From: a virus
DNA: 64,000 nt
IMG/VR virus record: IMGVR_UViG_3300032086_003078
Location: 24,414-88,413 of that record
Strand: one strand, 5' to 3'
The position numbers and the translations under genes were made by a program. Shown here one piece after another: positions 21,266-31,046 of the stretch. Position 1 is the first letter of the stretch. Each line of letters begins with the position of its first letter. The notes under the pieces were generated by a model. It was not told the DNA's origin, searched no databases, and was given only the letters and a program-made list of their open reading frames with translations.

Positions 21266-21706
21266 ATGGCGAATAAAAGAGGGGCTTTGCTAGCATCGTT
21301 CATAATGACCGATAGCGAAGAACAAATACAAGAAGAAGTTGAATATATTGTCAATAATATTGAGATTACTAACAATCTCATTTTTTTGCTAGAGGAAAAA
21401 GAGAATCCTCTTAAAAAAATTATTACATACAATGCAGTTGTCGAAAAAGGAAAGTCTTTTAATGAAAGGCTTTTCACAATGCGTATGCATCGCAAGAAGC
21501 AGACCAACACCCTCTACACAATCAACGCCCTCAATGCTGCTGTAGCTTCCCAGCACGAAGGCAAAACAGGAAAAGACCTAAAACTAGACTGGACCCAGTA
21601 TGAGAATTCCATTCTATTGACTGCTGGAAAAGAACTAAAAGTCCACTCAGTACAAGTCAGTAAAATCTTCAAAATTGAAGACGAACCAGTAGAAGACGAC
21701 CAATAA
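21266..21706 (+). CDS. Hypothetical protein
   Basis: GAGG RBS; preceded by ACTATATA motif at 21225. Confidence 0.75.
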   Translation: MANKRGALLASFIMTDSEEQIQEEVEYIVNNIEITNNLIFLLEEKENPLKKIITYNAVVEKGKSFNERLFTMRMHRKKQTNTLYTINALNAAVASQHEGKTGKDLKLDWTQYENSILLTAGKELKVHSVQVSKIFKIEDEPVEDDQ

Positions 21707-21756
21707 GTCTAAGCCGTTCATTTCTCGACGGAAACAAAAAAACATCAATAAAAAGC

Positions 21757-21784
21757 TTTACACGCCCTAGACGTGTGATACTAT
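21757..21784 (+). promoter_or_regulatory. Sigma70-type promoter
   Basis: TTTACA-N16(ending TGA)-TACTAT upstream of SSB gene. Confidence 0.65.
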
Positions 21785-21820
21785 ATGTTCAAGGTCAACT
21801 AACCAGTAAAGGAGAAAAAC

Positions 21821-22591
21821 ATGGGTATTGACTTAAACAAAATGCGGCAGAAGCACGCCGCCCTTACTAACCGAGGTGGAGATACCTCTGACAACTTTTG
21901 GAAGCCAGACGAAGGGACACATCAGATCCGCCTAGTCTGCCCTCCCAACGGTGACCCCTTCTTTGAAGCATATTATCACTACGGCATGGGATCTGAAGGA
22001 AAGACCACTGTTCTCAGCCCACGGACTAACGGTGATGCTGACCCAATCGCCGAGTGGGGGACCAAGCTCTGGAACGAGGGTACCGATGGCTCCAAGGAAG
22101 CAGCCAAGCGCTTCTGGCCTAAGATGCGAGTATTCGCTCCTGTCGTCGTCCGTGGAGAAGAGGACAAGGGTGTTCGCTGGTGGGGCTTTTCCCGCACCAC
22201 CTACCAAGCGCTCCTCGATGTAGTTCTTGACCCCGAGTACGGTGATATTACAGACCCAGAAAAGGGCACCGATATCCGTATTGATTACGGCAAGAAGCAG
22301 GGACAATCTTTCCCAACGACCGATGTCCGCCCAATGCGCCGAACCAGCACCTTGGCTGATTCCGAAGAGAATGTCAACACTCTTCTAGAGAGCATCAAGT
22401 CGGCTGACGATGTATTTGATGTTGCATCATATGAAGAATGCGAGAAGGTTCTCAATGAGACTCTTGGCGGTGCTGACACCACAAGCACTAATGAGACAAC
22501 TCGCTACGACAACACCGCAACCACGACTAACAACAGTGGTATGGAAGGTGTTAGCGACATCGAGTCAGCATTTGACGATCTACTGGCGTAG
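21821..22591 (+). CDS. Single-stranded DNA-binding protein (gp32-like)
   Basis: FWKP, YGDITDP..G.D motifs; acidic C-terminal tail AFDDLLA. Confidence 0.85.
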   Translation: MGIDLNKMRQKHAALTNRGGDTSDNFWKPDEGTHQIRLVCPPNGDPFFEAYYHYGMGSEGKTTVLSPRTNGDADPIAEWGTKLWNEGTDGSKEAAKRFWPKMRVFAPVVVRGEEDKGVRWWGFSRTTYQALLDVVLDPEYGDITDPEKGTDIRIDYGKKQGQSFPTTDVRPMRRTSTLADSEENVNTLLESIKSADDVFDVASYEECEKVLNETLGGADTTSTNETTRYDNTATTTNNSGMEGVSDIESAFDDLLA

Positions 22592-22602
22592 TTGACCGCC
22601 AA

Positions 22603-22648
22603 ACCCGCAGGGAGGCACGGGGTACAGGTGCCTCTCCACTTTTGGAGA
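22603..22648 (+). promoter_or_regulatory. Structured RNA element (possible pseudoknot plus anti-SD hairpin) in recA leader
   Basis: GAGGCAC/GTGCCTC stem, ACCC/GGGT cross-pairing, TCTCCA/TGGAGA hairpin over the RBS. Confidence 0.5.
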
Positions 22649-22652
22649 TAAA

Positions 22653-23723
22653 ATGACAAAGAAGTCTGCAAACAGTCTTGTAAGTGATCTACGCACAGAA
22701 CTAAACAAGGCAGCTAAAGAAAACATTGCGTATGATCTGCATGGGGACAACCCAACAGATGTAAAGACCTGGATCTCTACTGGATCAACTCTGCTTGATT
22801 ATATTATCTCTAACCGCCGAGACGGTGGTATTCCTGTCGGCAAACTCACCACGATTGCTGGCGAGTCTGCCAGCGGCAAGAGTCTCATCGTCACACAGAT
22901 TTTGGCGAACACACAAAAGATGGGAGGGGTTGCTGTATATATTGATACAGAGAACGCAGCCTCTCCAGACTTTATGGAGCAGTTGGGACTTGACACCAAG
23001 AACAGCTTCTTGTATGTTCAGCCTGGTACGGTTGAGGAAGTTTTTGAGACAATTGAGCGGCTGATTGGACGTATCCGTGAAAAAGCACCTGATCGCTTGG
23101 TTTGTATTGTGTGGGACAGCGTTGCCGGCACACCAGTCAAAGCGGAGGTTGAGGGCGACTATGACCCTAACAGTCGTATCGGTCTGACAGCCAAGGCACT
23201 AGCCAAAGGTATGCGGAAAGTCACAGAGACGCTCGGCAAGGAACAGATTGCCATGGTCTTTACTAACCAGTTGAAGACCAATATCGGTGTGATGTTCGGA
23301 GACAACCGAGTTGAGCCAGGCGGCAAGGCTCTGCCCTACCATGCTTCCAGCCGTATCTGGCTTACCCAGCACAAGGGCAAAGCTAACGGTCAGATCCTCA
23401 ACGAGAAGAAGCAGGTCATTGGTTTTCATACCAGCGCCAAAACAATGAAGTCTCGCTTCGGACCATCACCAAGGAGTTGTGAGTTTGATGTATTATTTGA
23501 CCTTGCTAACGACCGTGTTGGCGTTGATGATGAAGGTTCCTGGCTTAGTGCTATCGCTGGTACGCCTGGGTGTGTTCGCAGCGGTGCTTGGTATACTATC
23601 AACGTTGACGGCGAAGATAAGAAGTTCCAAGCTAAAGAGTTTTTGAACCTACTGGAAGATAAGAAATTCCGTGCAAGAGTTCTTGACATTCTAGAAGATG
23701 AGTATAGAATAGGGAAGAAGTAG
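22653..23723 (+). CDS. recA: RecA/UvsX recombinase
   Basis: ISTGS..LD, GGIP.G, Walker A GESASGKS, YIDTE, WDSVA, FTNQ, PGGKAL. Confidence 0.95.
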   Translation: MTKKSANSLVSDLRTELNKAAKENIAYDLHGDNPTDVKTWISTGSTLLDYIISNRRDGGIPVGKLTTIAGESASGKSLIVTQILANTQKMGGVAVYIDTENAASPDFMEQLGLDTKNSFLYVQPGTVEEVFETIERLIGRIREKAPDRLVCIVWDSVAGTPVKAEVEGDYDPNSRIGLTAKALAKGMRKVTETLGKEQIAMVFTNQLKTNIGVMFGDNRVEPGGKALPYHASSRIWLTQHKGKANGQILNEKKQVIGFHTSAKTMKSRFGPSPRSCEFDVLFDLANDRVGVDDEGSWLSAIAGTPGCVRSGAWYTINVDGEDKKFQAKEFLNLLEDKKFRARVLDILEDEYRIGKK

Positions 23724-23731
23724 GGAATGAA

Positions 23732-24163
23732 ATGGAATACGACCCGACAAGTGAGATCCGCAACAAGTTTCTCAAACTGGCTCTCCGCCGCATCGACGGA
23801 GAAGAATACAGCGACCACATTCAGCATCGCCACGCTGCTGTTATTGTAAAAGCGGGTCGAGTACTTTCAATCGGCAGAAACCGAAACAAGACGCATCCTG
23901 ACTCAGTTGGAATTGACAATGATGGCGAAGCCTTCACTAGAACTATCCATGCTGAGATGGATGCGATCTTGCGGGTAAAAAACAAATCACACTTAAAAGG
24001 TGCGACCATATATGTTGCTCGCAAGGGAAGAAACGAAAAAGCGGGGATGTCCTGTCCCTGTAAGATGTGTCAGAAACTGATTAACAAGCATGGACTGAAA
24101 AAAGCAGTCTTTACAACTGAGTACGGCACAGGTACATTAGAGTTTGAGGGAGAAGAGAAATGA
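23732..24163 (+). CDS. Zinc-dependent cytidine/dCMP deaminase-family protein
   Basis: HAE...PCxxC motif (IHAEMD; CPCKMC). Confidence 0.85.
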   Translation: MEYDPTSEIRNKFLKLALRRIDGEEYSDHIQHRHAAVIVKAGRVLSIGRNRNKTHPDSVGIDNDGEAFTRTIHAEMDAILRVKNKSHLKGATIYVARKGRNEKAGMSCPCKMCQKLINKHGLKKAVFTTEYGTGTLEFEGEEK

Positions 24164-25116
24164 AGCGACTTTTGATTATTGACGGACAGAATATGTTTAT
24201 TCGAAACTATGTTATGTCCCCACAACTGGATATCAATGGAAATCCTATTGGAGGGCTAACTGGTTTTATGAGGTCCCTTCAAAAAGAGGTCCGTCGAGCA
24301 AAGCCTGATCGAGTTGTAGTCTGCTGGGAAGGTCCTGGCGGCTCTCAAAAACGACGGGAAAAAAACAAAAACTATAAACTTGGTCGTAAGGCTCCCAAGC
24401 TGAACCGTGAGTATGAATTTTCAACTCCAGAAGAGGAAAGAGAAAACAAATATGAGCAACTGCTGCGATTGACAGAATACCTAGAAAACCTGCCAATCCT
24501 TCAGATGTCCCTTGAGAATGTCGAAGCTGATGACATTATTGCATGGTTGTGTCACTGCAATGAGTACGCTGAATGGCAAAAAGTTATTGTATCTAACGAC
24601 CAAGATTTTCTTCAGTTGTGCGATGACAAGACCATCTTGTTGCGACCTGGCAAAAACGAACAAGTTCTCAATAAGAATAAAGTCTTGGAAGAATATGGTA
24701 TTCATCCTCGCAACTTTGCCTGGGCTCGTGCCATCGTAGGTGACAAGTCTGACAACCTTGCTGGCGTTAAGGGCTTGGGACTGAAGACGGTTTCTAAAAG
24801 ATTTCCTTTCCTTTCGGAAAATAAAGACTATGGTCTTGATGATATTCTGACGCACGCAAAAAATAATAATTCTAAAATCAAGGCTTATCAAAGCGTTGTA
24901 GACAATGAAGAAATTATTGCTTCAAATTACGAAATTATGCAGCTATATACCTCTACCATCTCGTCACAAGGAGTTCAAAAGCTCAAATATGCGGTTAAGA
25001 ATGACGGGGTCACTCTCAACCGTTCCGAAATTAGAAAAATGCTCCTAAAAGACGGAATTGGTACTCTAAACATAGATGAGCTTATGGTATTATTGAACTC
25101 TCATAGGAAAAAATGA
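24160..25116 (+). CDS. 5'-3' exonuclease/flap endonuclease (T4 RNase H-like)
   Basis: LIIDG, EADDII, SNDQDFLQ, GDKSDN..GVKGLG.KT. Confidence 0.92.
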   Translation: MKRLLIIDGQNMFIRNYVMSPQLDINGNPIGGLTGFMRSLQKEVRRAKPDRVVVCWEGPGGSQKRREKNKNYKLGRKAPKLNREYEFSTPEEERENKYEQLLRLTEYLENLPILQMSLENVEADDIIAWLCHCNEYAEWQKVIVSNDQDFLQLCDDKTILLRPGKNEQVLNKNKVLEEYGIHPRNFAWARAIVGDKSDNLAGVKGLGLKTVSKRFPFLSENKDYGLDDILTHAKNNNSKIKAYQSVVDNEEIIASNYEIMQLYTSTISSQGVQKLKYAVKNDGVTLNRSEIRKMLLKDGIGTLNIDELMVLLNSHRKK

Positions 25117-25169
25117 GAGTTTGCTTTATATTTTCGTTTTATAGGTTATAGTAGAGACAAGGAAAACAA

Positions 25170-26699
25170 ATGACCGAACAACAATTTGATACATTCAGCA
25201 AGTTCGGAAAGTCCTTCCAAGAAAAATTAGTAAAAACCATTCTATTTGATCGCAACTTTGCGAACCAAATGGAAGAGGTTCTTGATACGAACTATTTGGA
25301 ACTGAAATACCTACAGGTCTTTGTTGACCTTTTGTTCCAACACAAGCAAGCTTATCCGCACCCAACTTATGAAGCAATGGTCTCGGTGGTGCGGACTCAA
25401 ACAGAAGATTATTCTGATAGCATCATTAAGCAAGTTATTGAGTTCATGGCTCGCATCAAAAGCAATGCCATTGGAGATGAGGACGAAGAGTATGTGAAGG
25501 AGAAGTCGCTTGACTTCTGTAAAAAACAGAAACTAAAAGAAGCAATTCTTAAATCGGTGGACCTTCTTCAATCACAGAGTTTTGATCAGATTCAAAAAGT
25601 CATCAATGATGCTATGAACTTGGGCGCTGATAACGATCACGGTCACGATTATCATCAAGATGTCTTGGATCGCTTTGAACTCAAGATGAGAAACCCAGTA
25701 TCAACAGCCTGGGATGAAATCGATGACATTACAAAAGGTGGTTTGGGGAAACGAGAACTTGGCGTCGTTGTGGCTCCAACTGGTGCTGGTAAGTCAATGG
25801 CTCTCGCCCACCTTGGTGCAATGGCGGTAGTAAAAGGGAAAACAGTAGTTCATTATACACTAGAGTTAGCAGATACAGTGGTGGGTCAGCGTTATGACTC
25901 GTGCATTACTGGAATTGAGCTAAAAAATCTAATGAATATGAAAGACACAATCATGATGGCTGTCGAGCACATCCCAGGCAAGCTTATCATCAAGGAGTAT
26001 CCAACTAAGTCTGCCTCTACTCGTACCTTGTCTACTCACCTAGAAAAGTTGCGACAAAAAGGTATCAACCCTGATATGATTATTGTGGATTATGCTGACC
26101 TTCTCAAACCAACAGCAACAGGCTTCAAATCACAAGAATTGCGCCATAGCTTAGGGAATCTCTACGAAGAGTTGCGAGGAATCGCTCAAACGTGGGATAT
26201 TCCAGTATGGACGGCATCCCAGACAAATCGCAGCGGATTGAACGCTGAGGTAATCACTATGGAATCGATTAGTGAAGCATTTAGCAAATGCTTTGTAGCC
26301 GATTTTATCTGTTCTATCTCTCGCACGATTGAGGATAAGACCGAGAACAAAGGTCGCATGTTTGTCGCCAAAAACCGTAACGGCATTGACGGCATTGTCT
26401 ATCCAATGGAAATTGACACTTCAAAGGTCCATCTTCGGGTACTCCCACCAGGAGAAGATTCCTCCATTGACGCTGTCGTTATGAAGACTAAGCAAGAACA
26501 AGACGAGCATTTGCGAAAGAAATATAGAAAATATCAAGAAGAGCGAAGAAAAGCTGCCGAAGAAGCAGAACAGAAAGCGAAAAAAGAAGAAGAGAAGCAG
26601 ACTGCTAAAAACATCAGCAGTACGCTTCGAGAATTGAATAGGGAGCTAAAACAAAAATTGGTTAACGAAGAACAAAAACAACAAGGAACAACAGTATGA
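25170..26699 (+). CDS. dnaB: Replicative SF4 helicase (DnaB/gp41-like)
   Basis: Walker A APTGAGKS, TLE, IIVDYAD, TASQTNR, KNRNG. Confidence 0.92.
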   Translation: MTEQQFDTFSKFGKSFQEKLVKTILFDRNFANQMEEVLDTNYLELKYLQVFVDLLFQHKQAYPHPTYEAMVSVVRTQTEDYSDSIIKQVIEFMARIKSNAIGDEDEEYVKEKSLDFCKKQKLKEAILKSVDLLQSQSFDQIQKVINDAMNLGADNDHGHDYHQDVLDRFELKMRNPVSTAWDEIDDITKGGLGKRELGVVVAPTGAGKSMALAHLGAMAVVKGKTVVHYTLELADTVVGQRYDSCITGIELKNLMNMKDTIMMAVEHIPGKLIIKEYPTKSASTRTLSTHLEKLRQKGINPDMIIVDYADLLKPTATGFKSQELRHSLGNLYEELRGIAQTWDIPVWTASQTNRSGLNAEVITMESISEAFSKCFVADFICSISRTIEDKTENKGRMFVAKNRNGIDGIVYPMEIDTSKVHLRVLPPGEDSSIDAVVMKTKQEQDEHLRKKYRKYQEERRKAAEEAEQKAKKEEEKQTAKNISSTLRELNRELKQKLVNEEQKQQGTTV

Positions 26700-28567
26700 G
26701 TAATCAAGACCTATCAACACAAATTTTATCAGACATCACAGTCTACATGAAGTACGCTCGCTACTTGCCTGAAAAGCAACGACGAGAAACTTGGGATGAA
26801 CTGGTAACTCGCAACTTGGAGATGCACGTAAAGAAGTATCCCGAACTCAAGGGCGAGATTGTTGAAACTTATAGAAACGTTTTCGACAAGAAGGTGTTGC
26901 CTTCAATGCGCTCAATGCAGTTTGCAGGTAAGCCCATCGAAATCTCACCAAACCGTGTTTTCAACTGTGCTTATGCTCCAGTGGATGATTGGCGAGTTTT
27001 CGGCGAGATTATGTTTTTGCTTCTCGGCGGCACAGGCGTTGGCTACTCTGTCCAGCAGCATCACGTCGATGAATTGCCAGAAATCCGCAAACCCAACCCT
27101 AACCGTTCAAGGAGGTACCTAGTAAATGACAGTATTGAAGGATGGGCTGATGCCGTCAAATATCTTATCCGCAGCTACTTTTATGGTGGCTCAAAGCTAC
27201 GATTTGATTTTAGCGATATTCGCCCTAAAGGTGCTCGCCTTGTAACTTCTGGCGGAAAGGCTCCAGGACCACAGCCACTAAAAGAGTGCCTGGTCAAAGT
27301 AGAGGGTGTTCTCGCAGAAAAGAATGACGGAGACAAGCTTTCAGCTATTGAAGTCCACGATATTGTTTGCCACATTGCTGACGCTGTTTTGGCTGGTGGT
27401 ATTCGCCGTGCTGCTCTCATCTCCTTATTTTCTGCAAGCGATAACGAGATGATCTCAGCCAAGGCTGGCAACTGGTGGGAGACCAACCCACAGCGTGGTC
27501 GAGCTAACAACTCTGCTGTACTTTTGCGGCACAAAGTAACAAAATCATTCTTCCTAGACCTATGGAAGCGAGTAGAGGCATCCAATGCTGGAGAACCAGG
27601 CATCTACCTTTCTAACGACAAAGACTGGGGAACCAACCCTTGCTGTGAAATCGGACTACGACCATTCCAGTTCTGTAACCTCACAGAAGTCAATGTCAGC
27701 AACATCAAGGACCAAAAGGACCTTGAGGATCGAGTTCGTGCTGCTGCCTTTATCGGCACACTCCAAGCAGGCTACACAGATTTTCACTATCTCCGCCCAG
27801 TTTGGCAACGAACCACAGAAAAGGACGCTCTCATTGGCGTCTCAATGACTGGGATCGCCTCAGGACGAGTCCTACAAGATGATATTGATTTGGTTGCTGC
27901 CGCCAATGTCGTCAAGGAAGAGAATGCCCGTGTCGCTCAGTTGATCGGCATTAACAAGGCTGCTCGCACAACCTGCGTCAAGCCAGCAGGAACAACCAGC
28001 CTAGCACTCGGCACTTCCAGCGGTATTCACGCTTGGCACAACGACTACTACATTCGTCGTATCCGTGTCGGCAAGAATGAGCCAATCTACTGGCACCTCG
28101 CTATTCACCACCCAGAACTAGTAGAAGACGAGTACTTCCGCCCACACGATACAGCCGTAATCTCGGTTCCACAAAGGGCACCTGAAGGCTCTATCTTCCG
28201 CACCGAAAGTGCTTTCCAACTTTTGCGGAGAATCAAAAAAATCACTAGTGAATGGGTCAAGGCAGGACACCGCTCAGGTCAAAACGGGCACAATGTCTCA
28301 GCAACCATTTCGCTCCGTGAAAACGAGTGGGTAGATGCCGGCGAGTGGATGTGGGACAACCGAAATGCTTACAATGGTCTTTCAGTTCTTCCCTACGATG
28401 GTGGCTCTTACCAGCAGGCTCCCTTTGAAGACTGCACCAGAGAACACTACGAGACAATGCTTAACACCCTTAAGGATGTGGATCTAACTCAAATTGAAGA
28501 GACAGAAGATAACACAGACCTTAAGGACCAGGCGGCTTGTGCTGGTGGTGCTTGCGAAATCACCTGA
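26696..28567 (+). CDS. nrdJ: Class II (adenosylcobalamin-dependent) ribonucleotide reductase
   Basis: FNCA, TNPCCEI, CNLTE, TCVKPAGT, C-terminal CAGGACE; no beta subunit gene nearby. Confidence 0.88.
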   Translation: MSNQDLSTQILSDITVYMKYARYLPEKQRRETWDELVTRNLEMHVKKYPELKGEIVETYRNVFDKKVLPSMRSMQFAGKPIEISPNRVFNCAYAPVDDWRVFGEIMFLLLGGTGVGYSVQQHHVDELPEIRKPNPNRSRRYLVNDSIEGWADAVKYLIRSYFYGGSKLRFDFSDIRPKGARLVTSGGKAPGPQPLKECLVKVEGVLAEKNDGDKLSAIEVHDIVCHIADAVLAGGIRRAALISLFSASDNEMISAKAGNWWETNPQRGRANNSAVLLRHKVTKSFFLDLWKRVEASNAGEPGIYLSNDKDWGTNPCCEIGLRPFQFCNLTEVNVSNIKDQKDLEDRVRAAAFIGTLQAGYTDFHYLRPVWQRTTEKDALIGVSMTGIASGRVLQDDIDLVAAANVVKEENARVAQLIGINKAARTTCVKPAGTTSLALGTSSGIHAWHNDYYIRRIRVGKNEPIYWHLAIHHPELVEDEYFRPHDTAVISVPQRAPEGSIFRTESAFQLLRRIKKITSEWVKAGHRSGQNGHNVSATISLRENEWVDAGEWMWDNRNAYNGLSVLPYDGGSYQQAPFEDCTREHYETMLNTLKDVDLTQIEETEDNTDLKDQAACAGGACEIT

Positions 28568-28620
28568 CCTTTACGGAACCAAAAAACTAGAATATAATAC
28601 TTAACCGAAAGGAATGTATT

Positions 28621-28854
28621 ATGAGTAAAGATTTAAATCATATCATGCCCTCATATGCATCCAGGGGGCTATGTAAGCGGGAAGACAAAAACAAGGTACA
28701 ACATCGTTGGGTACCTAGCGGTCAGTCCCGTGCTCTCCCTGGAATGCATGTGGGGGTTGAGTGCTATTGCAAACATTGTGGAGAGCGAGAGTGGGGCACT
28801 GTTGCTCGTCAAGAATTTGTTTTATTATCTGAATCTTGGGAGGAGTTAAGTTGA
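28621..28854 (+). CDS. Small Cys/His-rich (zinc-binding?) protein
   Basis: AGGA RBS; CKHC motif. Confidence 0.65.
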   Translation: MSKDLNHIMPSYASRGLCKREDKNKVQHRWVPSGQSRALPGMHVGVECYCKHCGEREWGTVARQEFVLLSESWEELS

Positions 28855-29102
28855 AACCTTTAAATAGAAGACTACTTATAGAGATTAATAAGGAGGAAAC
28901 ACATCAGGGAGCTTTCTACGTGCCTGTAGAAGAAAAGGTAGAAGAATTTGTTACTGCCACAGTTCTTTCTTGTGCTGATGACTGTTCGCAAGACTTCACG
29001 GGAAAGAATGTTGTTCTTCACTCCTTCGGTGTAGAACAAGTAACTGTTCGAGGCGAAACCTATACTTTTATCGGCGAAAATCACCTGATCTGTGCGGAAT
29101 AA
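28851..29102 (+). CDS. groES: Co-chaperonin GroES-like
   Basis: KPLNRRLLIE start, size about 83 aa, GETY.FI.E..LI end; GGAGGA RBS before TTG. Confidence 0.7.
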   Translation: MKPLNRRLLIEINKEETHQGAFYVPVEEKVEEFVTATVLSCADDCSQDFTGKNVVLHSFGVEQVTVRGETYTFIGENHLICAE

Positions 29103-29103
29103 A

Positions 29104-29802
29104 ATGAATATATTCAATCCATGGCGAAAGTTTTTGTTACAAGAATCAGGATTCAACAGAATCATGAATATTTTGCAAGGTAAAGTGACATCAGTAGATA
29201 CTGTCGGTTTCTTAACTGGCGAAAACCCCATGGCTCAAAAGATGTCATCTAAGGAGAATCGAGCCCTCAACAAGGAGTTGATGGCTTGGATGCGTGATCG
29301 TGGCTACGGTCCCATTCGCATTCGTGGTAAGTTTGGCAACAAAGAGCGCTCTATGATTATTCCAAACATTACTAGGGAAGATATGGTAGAGGCGGGCAAA
29401 ACATTCAATCAAGAGTCTGTAATCTGGGGGAAGAGAACCGAAAAAGATAAGTTTATTTTCGAATATATTGAGGGCGACAAGACTATTCAGAAAAGAGATG
29501 TTGTTCTTTTTGATAAAGATGTTCAAGCAAGGGAAGATTACTACTCGCAAGAGAGACAATCAGCCGGGCGTAAATTTTATATTCCATTTTTTGATGATGA
29601 GTATGAGATGGAAGAAGGTCAGGAATCAGAATATGATTTGCCTGAATTGACCGAGAGGCAAATCGCCAAACACAAAGAACTTATCCAGGAAATCAATCAC
29701 CGCCTGAAACTCTCTTTAGACGGATTGAGAACAGAGAAGTCTCGCTGGCAGCAGCGGCAGATCGCTCGTCTAAGACTTCGGGAACTAAAGAAGAAACTAT
29801 GA
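29104..29802 (+). CDS. DUF3293/SAM-lyase-like protein with WRKFLxxE leader
   Basis: FLTGENP, G.FG..E.S, FNQESV motifs; family call tentative. Confidence 0.5.
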   Translation: MNIFNPWRKFLLQESGFNRIMNILQGKVTSVDTVGFLTGENPMAQKMSSKENRALNKELMAWMRDRGYGPIRIRGKFGNKERSMIIPNITREDMVEAGKTFNQESVIWGKRTEKDKFIFEYIEGDKTIQKRDVVLFDKDVQAREDYYSQERQSAGRKFYIPFFDDEYEMEEGQESEYDLPELTERQIAKHKELIQEINHRLKLSLDGLRTEKSRWQQRQIARLRLRELKKKL

Positions 29803-30311
29803 AATCATTTGAACAAAGCTTTCGAGAGTTCCTAACAGAGGCTGAACTGGGACAATATGTGGATGGTGGTCAGGTCACCTTGTTCCACTATACTAAGCAC
29901 CCAGAGGATTCCTTGGTTTTGGACCCAAAATACTTTGCGGATCGTGCGACTCGTAGTGCCTTTAGTAGAAATGAGTACGAGATCAGCCAGGTCCCAAGAA
30001 CTTTTTATTATGTAGATCCCAAGCAGAGGGAGACATTCTTCGGTGCAGGGGTCCCACTTTTTACCACAAAAGTCCCCGCTAGTAAAATATATGATCTAAA
30101 GAATGACCCTGAAGGATACAAAGAAAAGAATAGACATCCAGTTTACGGCTTAAGGAAAGGCGAAGAATGGAATACACTATTAGAGGATATCCGTGAGGAT
30201 TACGACGGAATTTTTTATTCCACCAACAGGTTCGATGTGGTCGCTTGGTTTCAGCCCATCGAAGTTAACAAGGTTTCCCAAGAGGAGCAAGCTCGCCTAG
30301 AAAACGAGTAG
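29799..30311 (+). CDS. ADP-ribosyltransferase-like fold protein with FREFLTE leader
   Basis: TLFHYT, TFYY, IYDL, YDGIFY pattern; tentative. Confidence 0.4.
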   Translation: MKSFEQSFREFLTEAELGQYVDGGQVTLFHYTKHPEDSLVLDPKYFADRATRSAFSRNEYEISQVPRTFYYVDPKQRETFFGAGVPLFTTKVPASKIYDLKNDPEGYKEKNRHPVYGLRKGEEWNTLLEDIREDYDGIFYSTNRFDVVAWFQPIEVNKVSQEEQARLENE

Positions 30312-30323
30312 AAAGGCATATAA

Positions 30324-30620
30324 ATGAGATTTCAGGACGATTCATACAGCATTGAGGTCGGCACCTTTGTTATGAATAATCATCATGGGCTGTTGAGAAT
30401 GGGCGTTGTAGAAGACATGCGTATCACTGAAGAGGGGTGGGCTATGTATAAAGTAAACTTCCTAGAAGATGAAATATATCAGCGCAATAAAACGTTTCAT
30501 AGTGAGATCTCTGGTAGAGACGAGTTTCAGTACGAACACAGAAGGGATCAACTTGTTAAAGTAAACCCTCAGTGGCTGCAAAATGTTGTAAATGCCTACG
30601 AGGAGATTCAAAATGTCTGA
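30324..30620 (+). CDS. Small SH3/KOW-like protein
   Basis: IEVGTFV...MGVV...YKVNF pattern. Confidence 0.6.
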   Translation: MRFQDDSYSIEVGTFVMNNHHGLLRMGVVEDMRITEEGWAMYKVNFLEDEIYQRNKTFHSEISGRDEFQYEHRRDQLVKVNPQWLQNVVNAYEEIQNV

Positions 30621-30963
30621 AGATAATAATATAAAAGAAGAGGTTGCGGATGATCTCATCCCAAAGCCACCACCAAAACTAGCACCAAGAGGGATTACCA
30701 GCTTCACAGTTTATCGCCAACAGGATGAAACAGGTGTATCAGGTGAGGGTGTCGTAATCGAGGGTGTTGTTATGGCTACGGGTCAATGCGTTGTACACTG
30801 GCTCTATCCGCCACCCCGTGGAGGTATTGCCATCTTTGATAGTATGAGCGACTTTGTGAAGGTTCATATTGAACCCCACCCAGCGAATCAAACTATTATA
30901 ACTTATCAGGATGGCACTAAAGATGTGTATGGCGAGAAGCCAGAAGAAGAAAGCACTGATTAG
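30613..30963 (+). CDS. Hypothetical phage protein
   Basis: GGAG RBS; D.TGVSG.GVV.EGV motif. Confidence 0.75.
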   Translation: MSEDNNIKEEVADDLIPKPPPKLAPRGITSFTVYRQQDETGVSGEGVVIEGVVMATGQCVVHWLYPPPRGGIAIFDSMSDFVKVHIEPHPANQTIITYQDGTKDVYGEKPEEESTD

Positions 30964-31015
30964 AGAATATTAATACTATATATTCTAATTGGAATCCCTG
31001 CCAAGGCAGGTGGCT

Positions 31016-31046
31016 GAGCAGGGAGATGGTGCCCTGCTCTTTTTTT
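31016..31046 (+). terminator. Intrinsic terminator
   Basis: GAGCAGGG/CCCTGCTC stem followed by T7. Confidence 0.7.
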
